Below are positions 48,889 through 58,472 of a stretch of DNA of 64,000 nt, in pieces (position 1 is the stretch's first letter; the number at the start of each line of letters is the position of its first letter). Source of the stretch: a virus. Taxonomy: Duplodnaviria; Caudoviricetes. The notes beneath the pieces were generated by a model, which saw nothing but the letters and a program-made list of their open reading frames with translations, was not told the origin of the DNA and made no database searches. The translations under genes were made by a program, and so were the position numbers. The stretch is from the IMG/VR virus record IMGVR_UViG_3300035182_001152; one strand, given 5' to 3'.

Positions 48889-49043
48889 AGCTTGGATCAA
48901 CTTGATTGTTCAAGGGATACGTAAAGGGTAATGTTGATTTTATCTCCTTTAGAGCGAACAATATCAAGACAGATGCGACTTTTGCAGAGTTCGACCGAGT
49001 TGATAACTGGTTGAAATCAAAGTTGGAGATACAACATGGATGA
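48889..49043 (+). pseudogene. Frameshifted C-terminal remnant of an HNH-type endonuclease
   Basis: SLDQLDCS-(frameshift)-GYVKGNVDFISFRANNIKTDATFAE; same family as 38111-38260. Confidence 0.7.
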
Positions 49044-49557
49044 ACATAAGGCCCCCATTCTTTGGATGCCAATTGCACCTTCAGGGGCCGGTAAGAGCAC
49101 GGTCTACAAGCAATTGCTGGAAATATCTCCGGCAACCAGGACATTCTCACTGGACGCTCTTCGTCACGAGTTCTATCATCCGACCGATTACAAGATCGCG
49201 TACGAAAAGGCCGTCGCAGACAAGAGTTTCGAGGCAAAGGCAAACGCCCGGTTCCACGCCGATATCAAGAAGTGTCAGGCTGAGGGTGTCGACCTGTACG
49301 TAGACAACACGAACCTGTCCGCCCGCCGCCGCCGCTGGTACATTGATATCGCTCGGAAGCTTGGCTTCCGAGTTGTTGCTGTGATGATGCCTGCTGATCT
49401 GGATACGTTGCTGGCACGCCAGAAAACGCGCGGCGACAAGCAGGTTCCGGAGCATGCTGTGCGTCAGCAGTACTACGCCTTGCAGACCCCAACGATTGGT
49501 GAGTTTGACGAAATCGTCGTCTCCGATCACAACCTCGTTGCTCACGGAGCTCGATAA
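49036..49557 (+). CDS. P-loop polynucleotide kinase-like protein (AAA_33 type)
   Basis: IAPSGAGKST, SLDALR, VDNTNL, RQKTRGDKQVPEHAV lid. Confidence 0.88.
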   Translation: MDEHKAPILWMPIAPSGAGKSTVYKQLLEISPATRTFSLDALRHEFYHPTDYKIAYEKAVADKSFEAKANARFHADIKKCQAEGVDLYVDNTNLSARRRRWYIDIARKLGFRVVAVMMPADLDTLLARQKTRGDKQVPEHAVRQQYYALQTPTIGEFDEIVVSDHNLVAHGAR

Positions 49558-49764
49558 TGCCAATCACTGCACTCGATGTTGACGGTGTAAGTCCTAGACT
49601 ACAATAAGTTATGGCCCGTGCCATGGAAGAAGGCCTTCGGAGAAGACTTGGTCTCCAGCAGAGGCTTCTTCCATGCACACAATGAGTTCAGCACAGACAT
49701 CGTCCCACCAGAGAAGTTCGAACTGTTCAAAAGGATAAATAGACAATCGGGAGATTGTCTATGA
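49557..49764 (+). pseudogene. Frameshifted, truncated HAD-family phosphatase
   Basis: MPITALDVDGV, then a +1 insertion; the shifted frame continues VLDYNKLWPVPWKKAFG. DxDGV is HAD motif I. Confidence 0.6.
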
Positions 49765-50321
49765 GTGAATTTTTGGTTCTGCGGGGCGAGCGGATCATCC
49801 AACAGCTGAATGAAGTGTCGTCCGTACCTGATCTTGAGGATAACATTGAACGTGAGTTCCCTGCTACCAAAAAGCGTCAGCACGCAACAAACGACGTGAC
49901 GATCTCTAACGTGCAGTACATGCCGTATATCGGTATGAAAATGCTGCACGTTAAGTCCGTTTCCAGCAGCAACGGCCATCAATACAAACAAGCCCTGCAG
50001 TTTCAACGTGTAGCGTTTGAGCCACGAGATACAGGCCAGAACGCAACGTTTATGGCTAGTGATGGCCAAGATTATCACGTTCAGCCCCTGCAGCTTGCAG
50101 GGCACAACGTGAAAGTCCGCTGCAATTGCATGGACTTCTACTTCCGTTTCGCCAACTACAACGCTCAAGATAAGTCGTTGGTTGGTAAGCCGCCTCCACT
50201 ATACCGTCGCAAGACGACTACACGTCCTCCAGTCAACCCAGGCCAGGTTCCTGGGATGTGCAAGCATTTGCTGAAGCTGGTGCAAACCCTGCAAGGAGCA
50301 GGATTGGTTGCACCAGATTAA
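49761..50321 (+). CDS. Hypothetical late protein with a SWIM-like Zn finger
   Basis: VKVRCNCMDF..GMCKHL; late promoter at 49735. Confidence 0.7.
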   Translation: MSEFLVLRGERIIQQLNEVSSVPDLEDNIEREFPATKKRQHATNDVTISNVQYMPYIGMKMLHVKSVSSSNGHQYKQALQFQRVAFEPRDTGQNATFMASDGQDYHVQPLQLAGHNVKVRCNCMDFYFRFANYNAQDKSLVGKPPPLYRRKTTTRPPVNPGQVPGMCKHLLKLVQTLQGAGLVAPD

Positions 50322-51187
50322 CGTCCGAGAATATCCCTGACCTTTGCCGCCTTGGCAGCCTTCATCGCCTTCTCTTCAGGAGTATCGATTCCACTAATTA
50401 CAGCCTTGCCTGAGGCATCACGCTTGAATAGCGCACCCTTCTTTTCGGGTTTCTGGATCGATCCAAAGGTATTCTTGACAATCGTTTGAGCAATTTGACG
50501 CGGGTCAAATTCCTCTTCTTCAGTGTCTGTATCGTTTGGGAGAACGCGCCCTTGTTGAGGCTCCGGATCAGTTGTTTCGCCAGGAGTTACAGACGACGCG
50601 ATATCATCCAACCGTGAATGATCGATTTGCTCATCGTCAGCCTCAGTGCCAGGCGTCTTTGCTGAGGATGTATGCACAGTCTCAGGTTCAAATTCAGGCG
50701 TTAGGTGGGCATTAGAGGGTGGAGCATATCCCATGCTATCCGGGCCATCTTCCTTGACAACCACCTTCTCTTCTTTCTTGTCTACCTTCTTTTCCTTTTT
50801 AGCTGGTTTGTCCTCTTCTTGCTTGACCTTGAACGATGTTGTCACCGTCGGCTTCGGTCCAGATGAGGTAGCAAATTTCACGGATGGGTCAACGATAAAC
50901 GAGACAGTACCCTGCGCAGGCTCAAAGTAATAGCCATCTACGACAACTTCTACATGGAAAGGAACGTCTGTTCCTTTAATGTGCGTCAAGGGTGGTAGCT
51001 TAGCAACCCACATATGCTTGCCCTCAGCGCGAACGCACCGATAAGCACAATCACAACCCTGTGCTTCATTCGTTAGCACGAACTTGACCATTGGCAGATT
51101 CTTGTCGTCCAGTCCTTGGATAATGACTTCAAATTCCAAGTCGCTGCTTTTGGTAGGATTTAACTTGATGGTGGATGCTTCAGACAT
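50318..51187 (-). CDS. Hypothetical protein with an acidic low-complexity C-terminus
   Basis: SD AAAGAGG; late promoter at 51205-51211. Confidence 0.75.
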   Translation of the reverse strand: MSEASTIKLNPTKSSDLEFEVIIQGLDDKNLPMVKFVLTNEAQGCDCAYRCVRAEGKHMWVAKLPPLTHIKGTDVPFHVEVVVDGYYFEPAQGTVSFIVDPSVKFATSSGPKPTVTTSFKVKQEEDKPAKKEKKVDKKEEKVVVKEDGPDSMGYAPPSNAHLTPEFEPETVHTSSAKTPGTEADDEQIDHSRLDDIASSVTPGETTDPEPQQGRVLPNDTDTEEEEFDPRQIAQTIVKNTFGSIQKPEKKGALFKRDASGKAVISGIDTPEEKAMKAAKAAKVRDILGR

Positions 51188-51203
51188 AGTGACCTCTTTG
51201 CGG

Positions 51204-51617
51204 TTATTTATCGCGACGCGTGAACACCGCTGTCACGCGCTTCACGGCATGCCGCATTTGGTTAACGCCAACAGTTACGCGCGAAGATACAGCGTTAACA
51301 ATGTTGATCACCTTGACCACAATGTCAGCCTTTGCGCTATCGATCACGTACGCGCGCCTCCAAGCTGGCCGTTCCTTGAACTTGACAGTAATCTGCACCT
51401 GCTTGGTCTTAGCTGACACCTTTTTTGGCCAGGGGACGTAGATCCCCGGGTGAACCGCAAAGCTGCCGCCGCCGCCGCCAGAGCCACCCTCGGGAGGAAC
51501 GATCACTTCGATCTTACATACAAACAACCCAAAGCCCATGGTTAGCATCCCGCAACATGCAGGCATGCCTAGACCTTTGGTAATTAAGCCACTGTAAGAG
51601 TTTTTGAAGAGAGCCAT
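51204..51617 (-). CDS. Hypothetical protein
   Basis: Start overlaps the stop of the upstream gene; GLITKGLG..GGGGG. Confidence 0.65.
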   Translation of the reverse strand: MALFKNSYSGLITKGLGMPACCGMLTMGFGLFVCKIEVIVPPEGGSGGGGGSFAVHPGIYVPWPKKVSAKTKQVQITVKFKERPAWRRAYVIDSAKADIVVKVINIVNAVSSRVTVGVNQMRHAVKRVTAVFTRRDK

Positions 51618-52195
51618 TATGCCGGCATGCGTTCGCAAACCTCTTGAACGCTCGGCATTCCGTTGAAGTCGCGCAGATTGAAAGTTGTTAGCGGAGTCGT
51701 TCCGTCATCGTCGTAGATGATCAATTGAGCAGCATTGACATCGATCTTCGTGCGATTACGTTCATACTTTAGCAACGTATTGAGAAGCAGAGTCATCGTA
51801 GATTCGGAAATCAAAATTCCCGCTGTATCCGCTTTGATTTGCGATAGCATCAAGCCAGTTGTGCCGGTAGCGACGTGCGATGTGGTTGGTTCTTCCCATA
51901 CAGCTGGTGCAATATCTTCGACGTGGCTTTCATTACCACCAACGCGATACCGCTCCATTACCGGCAAGGAACTGCCGCCATCGAACGTAAATACATAGTT
52001 CTTTGTTGGATCGTAGCTTGAAAAATCATAGCGGTACCAACCACCACCAATTTCCGTTGTCGCACCCGCCGTCACAATATGCGTGTTCAAAGAAGGGTTT
52101 GAGCCGTCTAGCTGGTAGATATCGATAGTTGGCGTCAACCCTGGCTGTGAATAACCGCCATTTGTGAAGTGTACTGTAATGATCTTGCTTGGCAT
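51617..52195 (-). CDS. Hypothetical virion-associated protein
   Basis: GLTPTIDIY..EIGGGWYRYDF..APAVWEE..QLIIYDDDGTTPL; late promoter at 52217-52223. Confidence 0.75.
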   Translation of the reverse strand: MPSKIITVHFTNGGYSQPGLTPTIDIYQLDGSNPSLNTHIVTAGATTEIGGGWYRYDFSSYDPTKNYVFTFDGGSSLPVMERYRVGGNESHVEDIAPAVWEEPTTSHVATGTTGLMLSQIKADTAGILISESTMTLLLNTLLKYERNRTKIDVNAAQLIIYDDDGTTPLTTFNLRDFNGMPSVQEVCERMPA

Positions 52196-52294
52196 GTGCT
52201 TCCTTGATTGTTACAATATTTATGTCGCGGATTCGTCTTCAACCCGTGAAGTCAGCGCTACATAAATACACCATTCTGAAGGCTCCCCCTAATA

Positions 52295-52936
52295 ATGAGT
52301 GTAATTGTAGCCCAGCCAGCCAGCAGTGGTTCCACCTCCGGTTCAGGCTCTAACCCAACGCTGTACGCAGACCACCCTGTATCGCCATCGCTGCCTGCAG
52401 CGGGTGGCGATAACTCCATTGCTTTGGGATCTGGCGCAGTTACGGAATCGGGTGCTACAGGTGCAATTGCAATCGGTAATCAGTCGCTGGCTCGGTTACC
52501 AGGGTCGGAAGTATTCGCTAGCGGTCGCTTTGGTAGTCTTGGTGACGCCCAAGCTGGCAAATACATGCTGCGAGCTGTATCAACCAACGGCTTTCCAACA
52601 CAGCTGTATCTTAACGGCACAACCGGACAACAACTCACCCTCACAGATGACTCCACCTGGACGTTCACAGTCACGGTAACGGGCCACCGTCAAGATGTCA
52701 GCGACGGACACGCTGGATTCAAAGCAGAGGGCGTTGTCTATCGCCAATCAGGTGCAAATACAGTTTCTTTGCAGGGGAATCCTACAATAAGCGTGTTAGG
52801 ACGTAGTGATCAGCAGTGGAGCATAAATATCGGTACAGACACGACCAGTGGCAGCTTGACCATCAATGTAGTGGGTCAAGCGGGGAAAATTATCCGCTGG
52901 GTAGCACTTGTCGAAACACTTGAGGTAACCAACTAA
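52295..52936 (+). CDS. Free-standing tail-fibre tip-like domain with YadA-head-like repeats
   Basis: SIALGSGA/AIAIGNQS repeats; paralogous to the C-terminus of 52936-55566; late promoter at 52262. Confidence 0.8.
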   Translation: MSVIVAQPASSGSTSGSGSNPTLYADHPVSPSLPAAGGDNSIALGSGAVTESGATGAIAIGNQSLARLPGSEVFASGRFGSLGDAQAGKYMLRAVSTNGFPTQLYLNGTTGQQLTLTDDSTWTFTVTVTGHRQDVSDGHAGFKAEGVVYRQSGANTVSLQGNPTISVLGRSDQQWSINIGTDTTSGSLTINVVGQAGKIIRWVALVETLEVTN

Positions 52937-55566
52937 TGAATTTCAATCACGACTCGGGTGTAATTGATACCCTACAAACCCTCGACGTATCATCAACCCC
53001 TCCACTAGGTGGAACAGCAGGTGTTCTATCGATCATCGGTACGGGATCGGTTGTGATGCCTGTTGGTACTACAGCCCAGCGTCCTGCTAACGCCGCTGGT
53101 CAACTGCGCTACAACTCAGACAACTCCGCACTGGAATTCAACACAGGTTCGGCGTGGTCAATGCTGTCGACTGGTGGTGGTACCGTCTCCAGCGTCACCG
53201 TAACTACCACGACTGGCATGCAAGTCAGTGGTGGTACAACACAGACCATTACTGGTACTGGTACGTTTGCCCTCACGCTGAACACTGAACTGCAGGGTCT
53301 ATCAGGCCTTGCAGCAGCTGGTATGGTAGCCCGCACCGGTACAGGTACATATTCTCCGCGCACGATCACGGGCACGGCAAGCAACATCACGGTTACTAAC
53401 GGCGATGGTGTGGCCGGCGCCCCTACGATCGACTTGGCTACCGTCACTCAGGGTTCAACGGGTACCTCGTTCGTTAAGGTCCAGCTGGATACCAAGGGTC
53501 GTGTCATCAACAATACCGCTGTTGTAGCGGGTGATATCACTGCCCTCGTTGACGCAACATACGTTAACGTATCCGGCGACTCCATGTCGTCTGCCGCCAA
53601 CCTGACGTTCTCGGGTGGTGGTGAAGTTCTCGGCCTTCCAGCCGTCCCAACAACTTCAGGTTCTGCAGCTTCCAAGGCCTATGTTGACGCAGTTGCCCAA
53701 GGCTTGGATGCAAAGGCATCCGTTCGCGTTGCAACAACCGCTGCGGGTACTCTTGCAACTTCGTTCGCTAACGGTCAGACAGTTGACGGTATTACTCTGG
53801 TAACAGGTGACCGTATTCTGATTAAGAACCAATCGACTCCTGCTGAAAACGGTATCTACACGGTCGCGGCATCGGGTGCACCAACGCGTGCAATCGATAT
53901 GGATAACTGGACAGAAGTTCCAGGCGCATACACATTCGTCGAAGTTGGTACAACGAACGCCGACACAGCATGGGTGTGCACATCTGACCAAGGCGGCACG
54001 CTGGGTACTACAGCAATCACATTCGTTCAGTTTGGTGGCGTTGGTACATACACTGCTGGTACAGGTTTGACGCTAACAGGCACTCAGTTCTCGTTGACAT
54101 CACCTGTCACAATCGCCCTTGGTGGTACCGGTCTAACGACTACTCCTGCAAACGGTGCAATCGACATCGGTAACGGTACAAACTTCACACGTACCACGCT
54201 GACCCAAGGCACAGGTATTACGATCACCAACGGTGCTGGCTCGATCACGATCGCTAACGCAGGCGTGACATCAATCACTGGTACGGCTAACCAAATCACT
54301 GCATCTGCATCAACCGGTGCTGTTACACTTAGCCTGCCTTCTGCTATTACAGCACCTGGCTCGTTGACGGTTACAACCAACTTGACTGTATCTGGTCTGA
54401 CGGCTAACGCTTTCGTGTACTCCGGTACAGCTGGTCTGCTGACAGCAACTGCCGCTCCTACGAACGGTCAATTGCTGATCGGTTCAACTGGTGCTGCTCC
54501 TGTCGCAGCAGCGCTGACGCAGGGTACGGGTATTACGATCACTAACGCCGCTGGTTCAATCACAGTTGCTAACGCAGGTGTAACGTCATTCTCTGCTGGT
54601 ACAACTGGTCTGACGCCTAGCACGGGTACAACCGGCGCTATCACACTAGCGGGTACGCTTGCCGTAGCAAACGGCGGTACAGGCTTGACAACAACGCCTA
54701 CCAACGGTCAAATTGACATCGGTAACGGTACGAACTTCACACGTACCACAATCACTCAAGGTACCGGCATCTCCGTAACCAACGGCGCTGGCTCGATCAC
54801 GATTGCAAACACTGGTGTAACTTCTGTTGCTCTGGCGCTGCCATCATTCATCACTGTATCTGGCTCCCCTGTTACAACGACAGGTACTTTGACGGGTAAT
54901 TTGGCCTCACAATCGGCAAACACGGTGTTTATCGCACCTAACGGTTCTGCTGGTGCTCCAACGTTCCGTACACTGGCATATGCTGATTTGCCCGTTAAGC
55001 TGTACGCAGAAAACCCATCATCACCTACGGCACCTACAGCTGCTGGTACAAACACCATTGCCCTTGGCTCAGGCGCGTCAGCCCCTGCTGCAGGTGCGAT
55101 CGCACTGGGTGATGGTTCAAGCGGTTACTTGCAAGGCGCTACCGTCAACGCAAACGGTAAGTTTGCGACTGCGGGCGATGCACAGACAGGTCTGTATGTT
55201 CTGCGCAACAGCACAACGACAGCGACACAAACAGAATTGTTTATCGACGGCTCTGCTGCTCGATTGGTTCTGCCAAACAACTCACTGTGGACCTTCCGTA
55301 TTACGGTTGCTGCTCGTCGTACGGACGCAACCGGTGGCGGCGCAGGCTACACAATCGACGGTGTAATCCGCAAGGATACCACCGCTGCTTCGACAACGAT
55401 CGTTGGCGCAATCTCCAAGGCTGTGCTGGGTGAAACCAACGCGGCTTGGGACGTCACCGCTTCTGCAGATACCACGAACGGTTCTCTGAAGGTGGCGGTC
55501 ACGGGTGAAGCTGCCAAGACGATTCGTTGGGTTGCATGTGTACAAACGACAGAAGTGACCAACTAA
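52936..55566 (+). CDS. Tail fibre protein 1 (876 aa)
   Basis: GTTAQRP..GQLRYN, DAASKAYVD, VRVATT..LVTGDRILIKNQSTPAENGIY module; TQGTGITITNGAGSITIAN shaft repeats. Confidence 0.85.
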   Translation: MNFNHDSGVIDTLQTLDVSSTPPLGGTAGVLSIIGTGSVVMPVGTTAQRPANAAGQLRYNSDNSALEFNTGSAWSMLSTGGGTVSSVTVTTTTGMQVSGGTTQTITGTGTFALTLNTELQGLSGLAAAGMVARTGTGTYSPRTITGTASNITVTNGDGVAGAPTIDLATVTQGSTGTSFVKVQLDTKGRVINNTAVVAGDITALVDATYVNVSGDSMSSAANLTFSGGGEVLGLPAVPTTSGSAASKAYVDAVAQGLDAKASVRVATTAAGTLATSFANGQTVDGITLVTGDRILIKNQSTPAENGIYTVAASGAPTRAIDMDNWTEVPGAYTFVEVGTTNADTAWVCTSDQGGTLGTTAITFVQFGGVGTYTAGTGLTLTGTQFSLTSPVTIALGGTGLTTTPANGAIDIGNGTNFTRTTLTQGTGITITNGAGSITIANAGVTSITGTANQITASASTGAVTLSLPSAITAPGSLTVTTNLTVSGLTANAFVYSGTAGLLTATAAPTNGQLLIGSTGAAPVAAALTQGTGITITNAAGSITVANAGVTSFSAGTTGLTPSTGTTGAITLAGTLAVANGGTGLTTTPTNGQIDIGNGTNFTRTTITQGTGISVTNGAGSITIANTGVTSVALALPSFITVSGSPVTTTGTLTGNLASQSANTVFIAPNGSAGAPTFRTLAYADLPVKLYAENPSSPTAPTAAGTNTIALGSGASAPAAGAIALGDGSSGYLQGATVNANGKFATAGDAQTGLYVLRNSTTTATQTELFIDGSAARLVLPNNSLWTFRITVAARRTDATGGGAGYTIDGVIRKDTTAASTTIVGAISKAVLGETNAAWDVTASADTTNGSLKVAVTGEAAKTIRWVACVQTTEVTN

Positions 55567-55577
55567 TGAGATAACTC

Positions 55578-58271
55578 ATGGATTTTGATCACAGTTTTGA
55601 CACGATCTCACCAGATAACATCGCATATTTGTCCATTGGAGGTGTGGGGGGACTCACACTTCCAAGTGGATCGACAGTCCAGCGTCCAGGCACACCCGTA
55701 AACGGTCTGATCCGATACAACAACACGGACAACGTCTACGACTTGTACCAACAAGGTGCATGGCACCGGATGATGGTGGTTCGTGACTTCTCAACGACGG
55801 GTATTACTGCGGCAGGTACTACGCAGGGTACAGCTACGGCAATTTCATCGCTGATTAACGTAGTGAGTAGCGGCATTGGTGGTTCTGGTGTGATTCTGCC
55901 AACGCCGCAGCCTGGTGATATTCTAATGGTCGTTAACGGCACGGGCGTGGCAATCAACGTCTATCCACCAAGTGGTGGTGCCCTAGCTAACTTGGGCACA
56001 AACGTTGCATTCTCGCAATCAGCAACAACTGTTGCCACGTGGGTCGCTCAATCAGCTAGTCAGTACCAACTGCAAAGCTACGTTGGTACTTCACCAGCAA
56101 CGGTTACGTCGGTTGACGTATCAGGTGGTACGACTGGCCTAACAACTTCTGGCGGCCCGATTACCACATCAGGCACAATTACGCTGGCAGGTACTCTGGG
56201 TGTTGCTAACGGCGGCACCGGTTTAACAACATCACCCACAAACGGTGCTCTCGACATCGGCAACGGCACAGGCTTTGTTCGCACTACCCTGACACAGGGT
56301 ACGGGTATTACGATCACCAACGCCGCCGGTTCAATCACAATTGCTAACGCAGGCGTAACGTCAGTCACCGGCACGGCTAACCAAATCACTACATCTGCAT
56401 CAACTGGTGCAGTTACGCTCAGCCTGCCATCAGCGGTAACTGCACCAGGATCACTGACAGTTACAACCAACTTGACGGTGTCTGGCCTTACAGCTAACTC
56501 GTTCCTGTATTCCGGTGCGGCAGGGTTGTTGTCAACTACAGCGGCACCGACAAACGGCCAATTGTTGATCGGTTCAACGGGTGCGGCACCCGTTGCGGCG
56601 ACGCTGACTCAAGGTCCTGGTATCACAATTACCAATGCTGCGGGATCGATTACGATCGCCAATTCCGGGGCAGCCTCTGTGGTAGGTACTGCAAACCAAA
56701 TCACAGCCGCCACATCATCAGGTGCTGTCATCCTGTCACTACCTGCAGCGGTAATAATGCCAGGCACACTGACGGCAAACACCCTCAGTTCGTCAGGCGC
56801 AACAATTACTGGCGGCACAATCAATGGTACAACGATCGGCGCAACAACCCCATCTACGGGTGCATTTACGTCTGTATCGGTCGGCACTCTTGGATACAGC
56901 CCAACAAACGTAGCTGCATCATTTGCAGGAAGCATTGCAGGTAGCTCACAGGTCGTACACCAAAATACCAGCGCAGGTACAACATCATCAACTGACATTG
57001 TTGTTGCTAACAATGCAGCTACAACAACGACCAATTTTGGCAAGTTTGGCATCAATTCATCCGCTTTTGCTGGTAGTTCAAACTCATTCGGGTTGGCGAC
57101 AGCAACGTACGTAGCTGCAACCTCAGGTGACCTAGTACTGGGTACGACCACGTCTAACGTAATTCGTTTTGTCACTGCTGGCGCATCGGTTGACTGGTTT
57201 GGTATCGGCGCTGATGGACAGTGGAATATTGGTGGCAGTGCAGGCACATCTGGCTTTGTATTCACGTCTGGTGGTTCAGCGGCGGCACCAACGTGGACTA
57301 ACCCCGCAACATTGGTGCCGCCAGGCGGTACGGCTAGCGCCATTCAGTACAATAACGGTACGGGTGGATTTGGTGGGTCGAGCACGTTCACATACAACGG
57401 TTCCGGTCTGATGTCCATTCTCAGCAGCTCTGCTACAATTCTGATGCAGGATGTTAGCGCTGATCCGTCAGCGCCAGCCGCAGGTAATGGTTACCATTAT
57501 GTTAAAGATATGGCATCGCGCCTCGTCCCCATGTGGATGGGTCCGGACGGATTGGCCAACGTAACCCAGCGCTCTCACGCCTACTCGAGTTTTTACCTGA
57601 TTCGCCCCAACGGCGCTACTACGGGTATGGTTAGCATTGGCACGGGTAGCACGATCGTTGGCACATTGACAACCCCCGCTCAGACGTCTACTAACGTCAA
57701 AACGTCTATGGCCCGCACGCTAGTCACCTCCTCTGCTACTACTGCTGGTACACTGGTATCCCTCCGTACAACCAACGCAATGTTGTGGCGTGGTAATGCT
57801 GCTGGTCTTGGTGGCTTTGAATTTGTTGGTCGTTTTGGACTGGATACCGTGGTATCCGCGAATCGCGCGTTCTTCGGCATTGCTGACGTTGTAACCGCAC
57901 CAACTAACATCGATCCGACTACGTCGACTACCCCCGGCAAAATCGGAATGGCGATCAACACCAACACTGGTAACTGGAACCTTGTTAACAACGTAACGGG
58001 TACTGCACCGACGGTGTTAGCCTTGGGTATCAACTTCCCTGTTGATACCACAACAGAATTCGAATTGGCGTTGTACTGCCCACCTAACGGTAGTGCGATT
58101 GGTTACCGCATCACCAACTTGACAACGAGATCGGTGACGACGGGTAGCTTAACAACCAACATTCCCGCCACCACCACGTTCTTGGCACCATGGATCTTCA
58201 TGACCAACAACACCACAACAGCGACGTTTGCAATGAACATTGCAAACATTGCAATGGAGTCATACATATGA
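55578..58271 (+). CDS. Tail fibre protein 2 (897 aa)
   Basis: Shares the N-terminal anchor and shaft repeats with fibre 1 but has a different C-terminal domain. Confidence 0.85.
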   Translation: MDFDHSFDTISPDNIAYLSIGGVGGLTLPSGSTVQRPGTPVNGLIRYNNTDNVYDLYQQGAWHRMMVVRDFSTTGITAAGTTQGTATAISSLINVVSSGIGGSGVILPTPQPGDILMVVNGTGVAINVYPPSGGALANLGTNVAFSQSATTVATWVAQSASQYQLQSYVGTSPATVTSVDVSGGTTGLTTSGGPITTSGTITLAGTLGVANGGTGLTTSPTNGALDIGNGTGFVRTTLTQGTGITITNAAGSITIANAGVTSVTGTANQITTSASTGAVTLSLPSAVTAPGSLTVTTNLTVSGLTANSFLYSGAAGLLSTTAAPTNGQLLIGSTGAAPVAATLTQGPGITITNAAGSITIANSGAASVVGTANQITAATSSGAVILSLPAAVIMPGTLTANTLSSSGATITGGTINGTTIGATTPSTGAFTSVSVGTLGYSPTNVAASFAGSIAGSSQVVHQNTSAGTTSSTDIVVANNAATTTTNFGKFGINSSAFAGSSNSFGLATATYVAATSGDLVLGTTTSNVIRFVTAGASVDWFGIGADGQWNIGGSAGTSGFVFTSGGSAAAPTWTNPATLVPPGGTASAIQYNNGTGGFGGSSTFTYNGSGLMSILSSSATILMQDVSADPSAPAAGNGYHYVKDMASRLVPMWMGPDGLANVTQRSHAYSSFYLIRPNGATTGMVSIGTGSTIVGTLTTPAQTSTNVKTSMARTLVTSSATTAGTLVSLRTTNAMLWRGNAAGLGGFEFVGRFGLDTVVSANRAFFGIADVVTAPTNIDPTTSTTPGKIGMAINTNTGNWNLVNNVTGTAPTVLALGINFPVDTTTEFELALYCPPNGSAIGYRITNLTTRSVTTGSLTTNIPATTTFLAPWIFMTNNTTTATFAMNIANIAMESYI

Positions 58272-58472
58272 ACATCAATTTTCAGTAGGGGATTATTGCT
58301 TACCTTGGCTCTGGCTCATTGCAGCCATTCTTGACGTATTCTAGTGGCTATGTGTGCAAATGGACACGTTGATGCCACTCTTGCAAATGGTTCCAACAGC
58401 TATCTGATCACAGAATCGACAAGTGTGCCTAATGCGTGGTGCCCCCTTCCTGCAAATACCGACTGCTACTGA
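58268..58472 (+). pseudogene. Decayed paralogue of the N-terminus of 58914-60239
   Basis: MNINFQ*GIIAY..(frameshift)..ATLANGSNSYLITESTSVPNAWCPLPANTDCY* aligns with MRISFRQGIVAA..AFADGAANYMLSERLTIHSAWQGPF. Confidence 0.65.
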
